A DNA stretch of 63,967 nt, filler included, from Stramenopiles sp. TOSAG23-6 (lineage: Eukaryota), in NCBI GenBank assembly GCA_900128565.1. It is 3 parts of 3 records of this genome, joined end to end, with 100 filler letters (N's around TTAATTAATTAA, not from the genome) between each part and the next. Parts side by side here need not be neighbours in the genome. Positions count along the whole stretch, not along the records: positions 1 to 24,914 come from LT636000.1; positions 25,015 to 49,769 come from LT636001.1; 1 more part is not named here. The stretch is one strand, 5' to 3'. The notes below the pieces were generated by a model that did no database searches, was not told the origin of the DNA, and saw nothing but the letters and a program-made list of their open reading frames with translations. Below, piece by piece: positions 23,107 through 34,576 of the stretch. The position numbers were made by a program, and so were the translations under genes. Position 1 is the stretch's first letter, and every line of letters starts with the position of its first letter.

Positions 23107-24839
23107 ATGACGGTGGAAGATAATCCATGTGTGGTGTATGGAGCCCGTTCAGCTATCGTGGCGTTTTGGATCACGTTAAATTCAGAAGCTTCCAAAATAG
23201 ACACCACGAAACTTCTCGAATTACTCGAAACTGAGGATATTGCTCCGGTCTTTGAACATTCATTTAGTTTGAAGGAAGTTTCTTTTGAAAGAAATGGTAA
23301 ACAATTCACAAAGGTTTCGGGTTTCATACATTTTCAAGCGTTCAACCGTCTACAAGTCTGCCAAACTGCTTTAGATATATTACCAGGTTTAGCAACTCTA
23401 ATACATGGATGCGAAAGATTTGAAGTAGAATCGGTTTTCCCCAGTCGATCAGGCACTCGTGATAAGGAACCAATTCATACTATGGTCAGAAATATTCCAA
23501 AGAATGATCGCGAGGCAATGAAGAAATTGAAAAAGAGTATGGTGAAGCAAATTTTTCAAGTAGTTTTTGGCCCTAATTCGAATTCAATTGGGTACATGCT
23601 GAAACTTGCGTCATATATTGCAACACTTAATAATGATGATGTTTCTCTCATGTTGAAGTTGTATGAAAAAAAAAATACCTCGACTCGAATCAACGGATCA
23701 ACTGACGAAAGTACGTTTACCTTCTTTTTATACCTTTTTTTTGTAACTAACAAACATGATGAATTTTGAATTTATTTTTTGCTATTATTTTTATATTTGT
23801 ACCATACCCAAGCTAACTATTGTTTTTACTAAAAAAAATATTTTTCTCAAATATATGTTGCTGGAGAGAATTTGTTGGTAATTTCCTCTCATCCAGAGGT
23901 AATCTATTATTAGAAAAGGCAAGACAAGTTGATAGAAATGACACAATTAATGCATGTTTAATTTTTTTCAAATTCCGTTTTTTTTTGTAAGAAATTTTGT
24001 ACCTAACGATTTGGTTTTGAAATATTTTTCCAAAATACATGCATTAGTAGGCGAAATTGTCAAACCAGCTGGATGCTCTACAGTTCGCGAGCAGTATATT
24101 GCCGGAGTGTTTGATGAACATACAGCCCTGTCTCATTATGGTGTGATGGTGTCTTGGCCTTGTTTCTGTTGTGAAACAAAGCAAAACAGTTCTGTACAAA
24201 ATGATACATTTGAAGAAGGTCCATCTGCCAAGCGTCAGAAAACTGATGAAACTGATGATACATCGATCAAAAAAGATGATACATCCATCAAAAAAGATAA
24301 AGGTTCTGTTACTAATGATGAAAATGGTAAATGTGAGGTTTGCAATCTTGTAGATAGTTTCGATAATTTTGGTGAAAATATTAAAAACTTTTTCGAAAAA
24401 AAATTCTCTGCGTATAGAGTCAAAGTGAAAAATATTACAATGTGTTACAATAGTATGACAGCCATGGTGTATTTTGAGGATTGTACGTTTTCATCATGAA
24501 TGTATTAATTTAATTTTTTTTATAGTTGATTTGTACCTAACAAAAATTAAAAAAAATATATCTCCAAACAATTTATGTTGTCCAGCATTTCAAAGGTTGA
24601 AAATTCGTGGTACTCCTGAATTTATATACACTCCTTCAGTAACTGCTCAAGCTGTCAGTCGTTTAGTACTTGTCGATCCAGAGATTATAGAGGAAAAACT
24701 TCACGATTGTATTACAAATTCGATAAAAAACAAAAAAAAGCAACCTGACGATGATGATGATGATGATGATGAGATGAAACAAACGAAGTCAATCGATGTT
24801 GATGACCTTGGAATTGAGTTTGACACTAGTCGAATAGAT
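23107..24839 (+). CDS. Hypothetical protein, 3'-truncated at contig end. Introns 23711-23856, 23952-24040, 24483-24576, 24840->24914
   Basis: Continuous frame after removing family inserts; no family recognised. Confidence 0.65.
23952..24040 (+). other. Family intron, GC-AT variant
   Basis: AAT|GCATGTTT...CAAAATACAT|GCATTA. Confidence 0.75.
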
Positions 24840-24914
24840 GTATGTTTTATTTTTTTTTCAAATTTGAATTTTTTTTTCGTACGAAATTTTGTACCTAACA
24901 ATTTTTTTTTGAAA

Positions 24915-25014
24915 NNNNNNNNNNNNNNNNNNNNNNNNNNNNNNNNNNNNNNNNNNNNTTAATTAATTAANNNNNNNNNNNNNNNNNNNNNNNNNNNNNN
25001 NNNNNNNNNNNNNN
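24915..25014. other. Artificial contig linker N44-TTAATTAATTAA-N44
   Basis: 100-nt spacer with stops in all six frames. Confidence 0.95.
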
Positions 25015-25099
25015 TTATATGAATTTCTAATTTAATTTTTTTTTTCATACGAAATTTCGTACCTAACGATTTTTTTTTAGAATATTTTTCACAATACAT

Positions 25100-25440
25100 G
25101 CATTCTACTGTCTTGTTCCTCTTGGTAGTGCAGTGGGACCAAATGGACCTTTTGAAAATGATCAAAGTTTTGTTGAATCACTTTTACATGAAGAATATGT
25201 TGCTGTACGTTTTCAAAATTGATTTTTTTCAACTTGTATTATTTTTATACGAACTTTTGTACCTAACGATTGTTTAAAAAAAAAAAAAAATATGTTTTTA
25301 CAATTAATGTTGCTCCGGGTAGTTGTTTTGGTACAATGTCCAGTGGATTTGTCAGAATTTGTTTTGCTGGGTCTGAAGATGATGTGACGGAGGGAACCCA
25401 TCGATTATGTAAATTTTTAAAAAAGTATCATACTGTTTGA
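25100..25440 (+). CDS. Class I/II PLP aminotransferase, C-terminal fragment. Intron 25205-25308
   Basis: Spliced product AFYCLV...DQSFVESLLHEEYVA-VAPGSCFG...GFVRICFA matches the GAFY / VAVxPGxxFG / GxVRxxxA pattern; missing from the ORF track. Confidence 0.8.
25205..25308 (+). other. Family intron, GT-AT, in the aminotransferase VAVAPG motif
   Basis: GTTGCT|GTACGTTTTC...CAATTAAT|GTTGCTCCG. Confidence 0.8.
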
Positions 25441-25715
25441 ATTGAAAAAAATTACAATACATGTATTTGAATAAATTAAGAATTCTAAAAATATCTTGAA
25501 ATAAGAGATGATAATACGTATTTGAATAAAATTAAATGAATATTATATGATCACTCGAGATACACAATCCTACATTCATTCATTCATTTATTATATTTTA
25601 TTTGATTATATATAGTCAGTGTATAGTTTTATATATGAATTATATTATGGAGCAGAAAACATTATATTTTATTTGATTATATATAGTCAGCGTATAGTTT
25701 TATATATGAATTATA

Positions 25716-27237
25716 TTATGGAGCAGAAAACAAGAGAGTTGCATTCGTTCCACCAAACCCAAATGAATTAGTTATAGCTACATTGATATCATCCACAGCA
25801 ACATGAGCTTCATTTGCAACTAAATTTATGCTACGCTTTCCACGAGCATGTATTTTGGAAAAATATTTNAAAAAAAAAAAAANTNGTNAGGTACAAAATT
25901 TACTATAAAAAAAATCGAATTTGAAAAAAAATAAAACATACATCATCATAAACAATTGGATTGTTCAAATTAAGTGTAGGTGGTGCTATATTATGCTGAA
26001 GGGCAAGTACTGTAAATACAGCTTCTAAGGAACCAGCTGCACCTAACAAATGCCCGACAGAACCTTTGGTGGATGACACAAGAAGCTCAGGAGCATTTAC
26101 ATCACCACCAAATACTTTATACAATGAATCTAACTCTACCGCATCACCACGTGGTGTTGAAGTCGCATGAGCATTTACATAATTAACGTCACTCGGTTGA
26201 AGGCCGGAATATCTAAATGCCGCTTTCATACATTCGGTCGCTCCAGTTCCTGATGGGAGTGTAATATGATGGGCATCGGCACTCAAACCATGTATTGTGA
26301 AAAAAATTTAAAGTTTGAAATTTGTTACGAAATGTTTTTTTTGAAAAAAAAAAAAAAAATCGAAATTGAAATGGAAACATACATAACCCCTTATTTCAGC
26401 ATATATATGAGCCCCCCGCGATAGAGCGTGTTCTCGTTCTTCTAAAAACATCATCGCTGCGCCTTCACCAATAACAAAACCAGAACGGTTTTCATCAAAA
26501 GGACGTGATGCTTCAGACGGATGATCAGAATATTTTGTGCAAAGAGCATTAGCTCGACAAAATCCAGCTATAGTCACTGAATTGACACATGCCTCACTAC
26601 CACCAGCAATCATCATATCACAATCACCACGCTGAATAAAACGAAATGCATCACCAATACTATTAGCACCACTTGCGCAAGCATTAGCTGTCGCGTGATT
26701 AGGACCTGTTAAACCGTGTTCAATAGCAACATGGCCGGCTGCAAGGTTGATCAAAGTGCGTGGAACAAAATAAGGACTTATTCCACGATAGCCTCGACCA
26801 GTATCACATTGCGGGGATAATGATATAGCAACTTGACTGACGTCATCGATATTACCTACACCAGAGCCAATAGCAACACCAGTACGACGTTTTTGTTCTT
26901 TTGTCATGACATTCTTTTCACTATCCCATCCAGCGTTGCTAAATGCTTCAGATGCAGCTGCGAGAGCAAACTCTATAAATGGAACACTCTGAGGACCACG
27001 TCGTGCAACTTTGCTAGAAAATTCCCCATCTTTTGTTCCTCGGGGAACTTGTGCAGCTATGCGTACAGGCAATGCGCCATTTTTAACACAACTTCCTACA
27101 TCCGAGTTCTTAATAGCGCTATGCCCAGAGAGTAATTTTTCCCAAGTAAAATTGGTACCAACACCTAGCGGCGATACAACACCAAGACCAGTGACAACAA
27201 CACGTCGACAAGGTGTACACAATGGAGGTGGCAACAT
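25716..27237 (-). CDS. OXSM: 3-oxoacyl-ACP synthase (FabF/OXSM type, probably mitochondrial). Introns 26290-26382, 25848-25941
   Basis: RRVVVTGLG, ANACASG, EIRGY-GLSADAHHIT restored across the intron, VNAHATST, STKGSVGHLLGAAG, NSFGFGGTNA. Confidence 0.92.
26290..26382 (-). other. Family intron, GT-AT, in the KAS GYGLSADA motif
   Basis: GGTTAT|GTATGTTTCC...CACAATACAT|GGTTTGAGT. Confidence 0.85.
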
Positions 27238-27424
27238 TTCTATTTAGCTCTTGACAATGTCATCTGAACTTCTGAAGAACTGGCCAAACCGTGCTTATTA
27301 TTTGATCGCATCATCGATCATCTCGAGACTCGATTGATATTTATTCGAGATGTTAAAAATATAAATGACGTCATAATCAAATCAAAACATCATACAATTT
27401 TATTCATTGTAGGAAAATAATATT

Positions 27425-28743
27425 CTATTTCTGTGAACGACAACACCCATTTCTCACATCGACAGGACGATGACCTACGATCTTAATATAAGCTTCTTCA
27501 TTTGGTGGAGCTTCGCAGATGATACAAGCAATCCGACTGGAGCAATTAATGCCTAGATCCTGTTTTAAAGATGGCTGAGCTGCGATTGCTAATAACACTG
27601 CTAAGCCAGCAACACCTGACTCCCCAGCGGCAATAGGGTATTTATTGCTTGCAAGGAATCTCATGGATGAACCAACTGTTTCATCAGTTACAGATACACT
27701 ATCTGTTGCACATGGTTTAAGAACTCGCCAAGCAAGAGGGGAAACTTCTGCACAATCTAGACCAGTTTGAATGTATTGTGAAAAAAAAAATTAATAAAAA
27801 AAATCGTTAGGTACGAAATTTCGTACGAAAAAATAAATACATTCGAAATTGAAAAAAATAAAACATACATGGTACCTGTGCTACTCGGCGGACAAACAAT
27901 CATTGAGCCTACTTGTAGACTTCGGAGACAAACATTGGCTTCCGCTGGTTCTACTGTGATAAGTCGAGGTCTAGGCTTTTCTTTTTTAGAATAAAAAGCA
28001 TGAAGATATCCGAAGATTGCACTCGCAAAACCACCTACTCCTGCATTAACGAATACATGAGTTGGCCACTCTTCATTGGCTAACGTAAGTTGCTCAAGTA
28101 TTTCAGATGCACATACACTATACCCAGCACTTATACGAGCAGGTATATCTTCATATCCAGACCATGCGACATCTTGTACTACGTGCCAACCATTACTTTT
28201 TGAGTCTTTGAGACATTGTTTGATGGAGCATTCATAGTTACCTGGTACCCGGCAAATTTTTGCACCAAGCGAACGCATTTTATCAGCTATTTGTTCACTA
28301 ACGCCAGCGTGTAAAAATATTACAGATTTGGCACCACAGCGCTGTGCACCCCAAGCTACACCAAGACCATGGTTACCGGCACTGGCAGTAGATACTGTGA
28401 CTACTGCGTCGTTTTTGGTTGACGAGGCTAAATCTTCAACAGCAAGAGCACCACCCAGAACTTTAAAAGAACCCACCCCAAAACGCAACGACTCGTCCTT
28501 TAGATGCACCGATGCGACACCACAAAGATCTTCTAATTCTCTATTTCGGCTTAAAGGGGTGGCGCAATATTCAGGCCAAGAAAGTATTTGTTTACGGGCT
28601 GCTGTATGAGACGTCAAAGAGACTGTCTTTTCCGCTGAGACTGGGTAAGGGGCTGATAGTGGTTCTGCGGCCGTGTTTACTACATGCTCCACTTTCCAAG
28701 AAGCCGCGATCGATAAATACTCTGCTGGTGTTGCAAAAGACAT
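27425..28743 (-). CDS. Diaminopropionate ammonia-lyase-like PLP enzyme (fold type II). Intron 27771-27868
   Basis: TPL...HLKDESLRFGVGSFKVLGG, TASAGNHGLGVAW, VVQDVAWSGYEDIP, VGGFA, TIQTGLDCAE, AGESGVAGLA. Confidence 0.85.
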
Positions 28744-29047
28744 GATTCAGTGTACAAACTATTTAGAGTGAAGAAATCAAGATGATATTATTCATTTATC
28801 CTATATATAATAATATTTGTTCTTCTTCTTTTGTTACTTTTGCTACTACTCTCGCGATTCGCGAATATTTCGAATGTGATGGCAAGTTGGCAACACGAAA
28901 AAACCGCTCAATTTTTAAACGGGTTTTCGAATCTGAAATCAAATAAATCGAGAGTTCGTTCTTCAAGGATATTATCAATTGCAGATTCTTTTCCTCCTTG
29001 AAATTCTCAGGATTATTCAACGGAATTCATTGCAGAGGAACAAAGGT

Positions 29048-31862
29048 ATGTCTGATACAAAAGACCCTTCATGGCATTGGTGGCCCCAGCCACCCCAGAA
29101 ATCTGAACTGTCGGATGCAGATGCTGAGCGAGTGGATCGCTTTTCGAAAGCGAACAATTCTGAGCGAACACTAAAGACAAATGTTTTGAATCCAGCAGAG
29201 CAAGGAATACTTCACCGAGAAGGATTACATAATTTGAGAGATGCATTTGCCGAGTGTGATCCTAACAGGTCTGGATTTGCTGAAGTGGGTCTTCTTCGCA
29301 ATGCACTTTTAAAGACGGATATAGGGAGTAATATCCAAAGCTTAGAGGCTCTAATTTCCTCTTTACCTGTTGACACAACTGGACGAGTATCCTTTGGTAA
29401 TTTAAGTAAGGCTATTGCCAGGCGATTCGCAAAAACAACAGAGCATAAGAATTCATATCAAAAGCCTACTTCAAAAATTGCTAAGGAGAAAGAAGTTCTT
29501 CTTCCGCCTCCAGTGCCTGAAAAAAATGTGTTGAGTGTTAAAACGGAAGCACTCCTTGAGCGATTAAGAAATGAAGTGGCTCATAGATACGGTGAAGATA
29601 GTATGCGTAGGGCTTTTCTTGCATGTGATACTGATCATAGTGGATCAATAGAGGGTACCGAATTCCGAGAACTGTTGCATAATATGAATTTTCGTATTAC
29701 ACAAAAAGAAGAAGAATTACTCATGCGCAAACTTGACACAACCAACAAAGGTAAAATATCATTTGTTGACTTCGCACGCGCAATAAAAAGTAAAACACCT
29801 AGTGATTTCTATCAATCTGAATATAATCATCACTTTTGCTCAACAAATCAAGGTGTAAAAAAAAATGTTAAGCCTATGGAATCTGAATCTATACTTTGCA
29901 AAGTTGGTGTCTCTGCTACCGAAGGTCAGCTGATCCGTCAAGGTGTAAAGAAAAATTCTGTACCAGCCGGCCATTATACAACACCTCTTGGGATTTCACA
30001 GAATGAAGAACATCTCAGACGTTTTCATGGTATAGATCGACAACGTGCATTACTCGACAAAATCCGTGAAAGCATCAGACAGAAACATGTATGTTTTATT
30101 TTTTTTTCAAATTCGAATTTGTTTTCATACGAAATTTTGTACCTAACGATTTTTTTTCAAATATTTTTCCAAAATACATGGCCTGGAAAATCTGCGTCGA
30201 AGCTTCCTCGATTGCGATAGTGATAGAAGTGGATTCGTTTCTCGTCAAGAATTATGGCGGATGCTTAATGAAAAACAGTGGGACGTATCTGAGGAGTCAT
30301 TATATGCATTAATAAACGCGTGTGATGTTAATCATAATGGACGTGTGAGTTATTTGGAATTTGTACGTTTTCATCATGAATTTTATTTTATTTGTATAAA
30401 ATTTTGTACCTAACCATTTTTTTTTCTTTTTTTTTCCACAATACATGTGCAAGCTATTGAAGGCGATGGAAATGGTTTGCGTGGTAGTGAGTATAACAGT
30501 AGTTTTCGATTCCCACCACCATCAGCGTATGGTGATATTGTATCCAAGTGTAAGAACGATACATCTGGGGAATATTCATCAGTCGACCAGAGGAATCAAA
30601 ACTTTGATACTACCAAGGTTGATGAAAAACTTTCTGTGAATTGGGAAAATGTTGCTTCAAATCGGCGTTTGATTCTGTTAAAAGAGAAGCAGAATAAAGA
30701 TCGATATGATGAAAGCAGAGAAGATCTCAGGGAGGCAGCTTGTCGCGATATTATGTGTAGAATCGGATTAAAGAGAACTCATACTGTCTTAATATTGGCT
30801 AATTCATATGAAGATGCTAAAATTGGTCTCATGAAGTTAGGTATCTGTGGTGGAGAGCCCGCGGTAGAAGCACTTTTGGATCTGTGTGAGTTCAAAAACG
30901 GCAATGGGGGTGCTATTTGGTCAGATTTGTTGGCATATCTTCGATCATTTCGTCCTCATCCAACTGAGTATCAAGCTGCGTTTCGATTACCTCCAAGAAG
31001 TGACTATCGCATGGATATGATCGCCGCTCGATTCCAAGATGCGATGAGAATGGAAGCTCAACTCGAGCAAAAACGAGCCGAAGTGTATAATACACTTTTG
31101 AGTGAAATTCGACGGGAAATAACACAGCAATTTGGGTTGGATCAAATGCATCGCGCTTTTATTAAATGTGACTTGGATCGTTCAGGGTTTCTTGATCGAA
31201 AAGAGTTGAAAAAGATGTTGCTCCTCCGAAACATGACAGCAACCCCAGCCGCGATGGACGCGTTGTTGGACTGTTGTGATACAAATGAAAGTGGTGGTAT
31301 CTGCTTCAATGAATTTGTAAAGGCAATTACAGGAGTATCTTCAGCAGAGCAATCTCCCGAGGAAGATGACGTTTCAAGTAAAATTGTTGAAGATGCAATG
31401 CGAAGACTCGGAACAAGTGATATTGGCATGGCGAGACACGCAAAAAGACTTCTTTTTCGAGTTCGCGATGAAGTATCTCGTCGATTTGGTGTAGAGCAAC
31501 TACGCAAAGCATTTCAGAGACTCGATGGAGATCGTTCTGGATTTCTGGATCGGGAAGAATTGTGGTTGATGTTCCAGAGACTTAATTTGCGTGTCGGTCC
31601 TGCAGCAGTTGAAGCACTTTTTCATTTGATAGATGAGAATGGAGATGGTCGTATTGCATTTAATGAATTTGCTAGAGCACTCGTTCCCAGAGAAGAAAAA
31701 GCTCGACAAAATGAATATGTCCTTGAAGGTCGAAGAGCAGTTCCAGGTCAAGAATTCAACCGTCAATGGCGTGTGCGTGGTGTTGGTCCTCATCAGAAAA
31801 TTTCATATGTGGCTCCGATTGGATCATCAGAGCCAAACTCTCAAATGGTACGTGGTTTTTGA
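29048..31862 (+). CDS. Multi-EF-hand calcium-binding protein. Introns 30089-30179, 30363-30446
   Basis: Many EF loops (DTDHSGSIE, DSDRSGFVS, DVNHNGRVSYLEF, DLDRSGFLD, DENGDGRIAFNEF). Confidence 0.85.
30363..30446 (+). other. Family intron, GT-AT, in an EF-hand
   Basis: GAATTT|GTACGTTTTC...CACAATACAT|GTGCAA gives YLEF-VQAI. Confidence 0.85.
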
Positions 31863-32045
31863 ACGTTTCTTGAGACTTAATTAGAAATTGTATGTAAATA
31901 ATTTACTAAACATTTGTTTTTCTTTTTTATATTTTATTCACTTTAGACTGAGAGTATTTCTCAAGAAAATACTCAATCGGAAAACATCGGGGAGTATAAA
32001 GTTGATTCACCGAAAAATGACCAAGCAAAAATTCCTTCAAATGAA

Positions 32046-33212
32046 ATGCCACCACCATTAAAACATTTTCAAAGTCATGCAAAGAAAAGTGCGATGTCTG
32101 AAAGCTCATCGGAAGATTTATTGCAGCGCGTCATTGAAGAAATTGCTCACAGATTTGGCACAGATTGCGTTCAAAAAGCTTTCAGGGCACTTGACGTTGA
32201 CTGCAGTGGTCAAATAAGTTCAGAAAATATTCGACAATTTTTTGAATCAATGAATTTACGAGTAGGCTCCGACGCGGTGGATGCATTGATGGCTAAACTA
32301 AATCTCAACTCATCTTCACCGGACAAGGTTGATTTTTTAGATATTGTGAAACTTTTAGAGAGTAGAAAAATGTATAATACTGAATACGGAGCTTCATACT
32401 TATCCCCACATAATGTCTCCGATATTGACTTGTGTGCTCCACCGCCATCACCACTTCCACGAAAATCAAATGTATCAAAAGTCAACAAAACAACAGCGAA
32501 ATTTGCTTCTGGGCCAGGTTCTTCTATATACCCTAGAGATCCGGGTACATTGGTTCAGTCTGCACTCGCTGCTGCTGATACTTCGAAAAGTATGGAATTT
32601 GCCCAGCTGGATAAAGTCAAGCAACAATTAATATCTGAAAGAGAAGCCCGATATAATGCATTGAAAACTTCAGAGAGTAAAGAAGAAGCGCATAATGCTA
32701 CTTCAGAAACTATGCGTGTGGCTGAAGAAGCTTATAAAAAATCAAACAAAGATAATTGTGCTACAAATCAATTCCCCAGAAACGGAAATAGTCTCAGTAA
32801 AAAAGAACAAGACAGACAAATGCTTAATACACTTGCAAATGATTTGGACCAAAGGTATCTCCATCTTTCTGATGCTTTCATGAAGCTGGATAGAGATAGA
32901 TCAGCTGGAATTAGTTCTGACGAACTTGAAAATTTTATGGCACTTCTTAATATTGAAGCAACACCTGCTGCTGCTCAGAGACTACTAAGCAAATGCGACG
33001 TTTCCGGAGATGGAAAAATATCCTTTTCTGAGCTGGCCAAAGCTCTTGAGGCATACCGTGACAATTATACTTCTGAATATATGAGTGAGTACAAAGGGAA
33101 GAATACATATGATAATTTGACTTATGTAGAAGTTTCGTCGAAACCATCTGAAATAATCCGGGCTGCTGATATAAAAGCTACTCCGCCTGCGTGGGACCCT
33201 CGTTATTTATAA
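32046..33212 (+). CDS. EF-hand protein related to the upstream gene
   Basis: DVDCSGQIS, DRDRSAGIS, DVSGDGKISFSEL; shares the HRFG....RAF unit with the upstream gene. Confidence 0.8.
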   Translation: MPPPLKHFQSHAKKSAMSESSSEDLLQRVIEEIAHRFGTDCVQKAFRALDVDCSGQISSENIRQFFESMNLRVGSDAVDALMAKLNLNSSSPDKVDFLDIVKLLESRKMYNTEYGASYLSPHNVSDIDLCAPPPSPLPRKSNVSKVNKTTAKFASGPGSSIYPRDPGTLVQSALAAADTSKSMEFAQLDKVKQQLISEREARYNALKTSESKEEAHNATSETMRVAEEAYKKSNKDNCATNQFPRNGNSLSKKEQDRQMLNTLANDLDQRYLHLSDAFMKLDRDRSAGISSDELENFMALLNIEATPAAAQRLLSKCDVSGDGKISFSELAKALEAYRDNYTSEYMSEYKGKNTYDNLTYVEVSSKPSEIIRAADIKATPPAWDPRYL

Positions 33213-33293
33213 TTCGTTTTATAAGTCACAAAGTAAATGGTCTACTTTATATGGTATTATTGAATATAAAAATTTTTATATATTATATTACAT

Positions 33294-34328
33294 TTATTGA
33301 TTAAATTTTTGGTCAAAAGGTAACACTTTATTTGTAGAACATTCAGGTAACACTTTATTTGTAGAACATTCAGGTAACACTTTATTTGTAGAACATTCAG
33401 GTAACACTTTATTTGTAGAACATTCAGGTAACACTTTATTTGTAGAACATTCAGGTATGCAATTGAAAATAGTAATTTTACATTGTTCGTCTATTTCCTT
33501 AGTTGGACACGAATTCTTGGTTTCAGTGATACATGTTTTGAAGAAAGACTGTTTCATATGAAGTAAAACTTCCATGGGATATACTGCAGTTCTATACATC
33601 ATATTATTTTGTTCCATAAAAGTCACAAGTTTAGGTTCTATTAGATAAATAAAGCAGAGAGTTGATGCTTGAAAACACCAGAAGGAACCTGCTTCAGCTC
33701 CTATGACTATAAATAATGTTACGGCAACCCATATAGAAGCTGAAAATGTAATAGGAGTTAGTGTGCTGTGTTGAAACAAAAACAAACTAGCACTGTTAAA
33801 ACCCCAACAACTAAACATGACTATAGCCCAGTACCAATGGTTTTCCATAAATTCCATGCAAGGCCAAATCTGATGACCCTTTGGTCCAATTGTTGTACAT
33901 CGCTGTAACCCAAACCAATTAAATAAAATAGAAAAAACATTGAAAATTAAAAAAGTAAAGGAGCTGAATGCGAAAAATATCTTCGGTTCTTGTAGCTTGG
34001 TAACACACATCGACTTTTTGTCTCTGTGAGGCTCGACAATGTTCAGTGTTTTATTTTTCAGACTTTGAATAACACATAAAGAGAACCAAAATGGTACACA
34101 CGAAACTATGCACTGAACTACAATACTCAGAAATGTATTTGTTTCCGTGCAACCATTACTTGAGTCAATTTCAACCCAAATAAGCAATTGTACAAACTCT
34201 TGCAGTAATAAAGGGAGGTGAAGGGCAGCATTTAACCTATCATAATGCTGGTTTCGTCTTATCAAATATAAGAGAACGACTGTTTCTAATGCACAAAATA
34301 TTGCTGTTACTTCGCTTGACCAACACAT
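33294..34328 (-). CDS. Multi-pass membrane protein (MCWS...QEFVQ...GSFWC type) with C-terminal PECSTNKVL repeats
   Basis: 344-aa ORF with about 7 hydrophobic segments. Confidence 0.7.
   Translation of the reverse strand: MCWSSEVTAIFCALETVVLLYLIRRNQHYDRLNAALHLPLLLQEFVQLLIWVEIDSSNGCTETNTFLSIVVQCIVSCVPFWFSLCVIQSLKNKTLNIVEPHRDKKSMCVTKLQEPKIFFAFSSFTFLIFNVFSILFNWFGLQRCTTIGPKGHQIWPCMEFMENHWYWAIVMFSCWGFNSASLFLFQHSTLTPITFSASIWVAVTLFIVIGAEAGSFWCFQASTLCFIYLIEPKLVTFMEQNNMMYRTAVYPMEVLLHMKQSFFKTCITETKNSCPTKEIDEQCKITIFNCIPECSTNKVLPECSTNKVLPECSTNKVLPECSTNKVLPECSTNKVLPFDQKFNQ
33318..33457. repeat. Coding tandem repeat, 27-bp unit, about 5 copies
   Basis: aggtaacactttatttgtagaacattc repeated. Confidence 0.9.
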
Positions 34329-34576
34329 TCAATATTTTCTATTATTTGACTCACTCATTCGAATGTAAAGTACATGACTCGAAATGTCGACAAAGTGAAA
34401 AATTTGTGTCTAACCGTTCTTTGTCCAGACGTTGAAAACGATGATCAGATCGTTACGAATCGAATAAATACAGTTACGCATTAGCTAGTATAGCATCATC
34501 TCCCTTGATAGCATACCCAACAACCGTAACCCAACCACTATTCTATTAAATAAGTAAATGAATTGATTTTAGGATC

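Noticed and set aside
24915-25014. TTAATTAATTAA palindrome inside N runs (also 49770-49869)
   Set aside because: Artificial six-frame-stop linker, so gene adjacency across it is meaningless. Three of the four contig ends at these linkers fall inside family introns, consistent with repeat-induced breaks.
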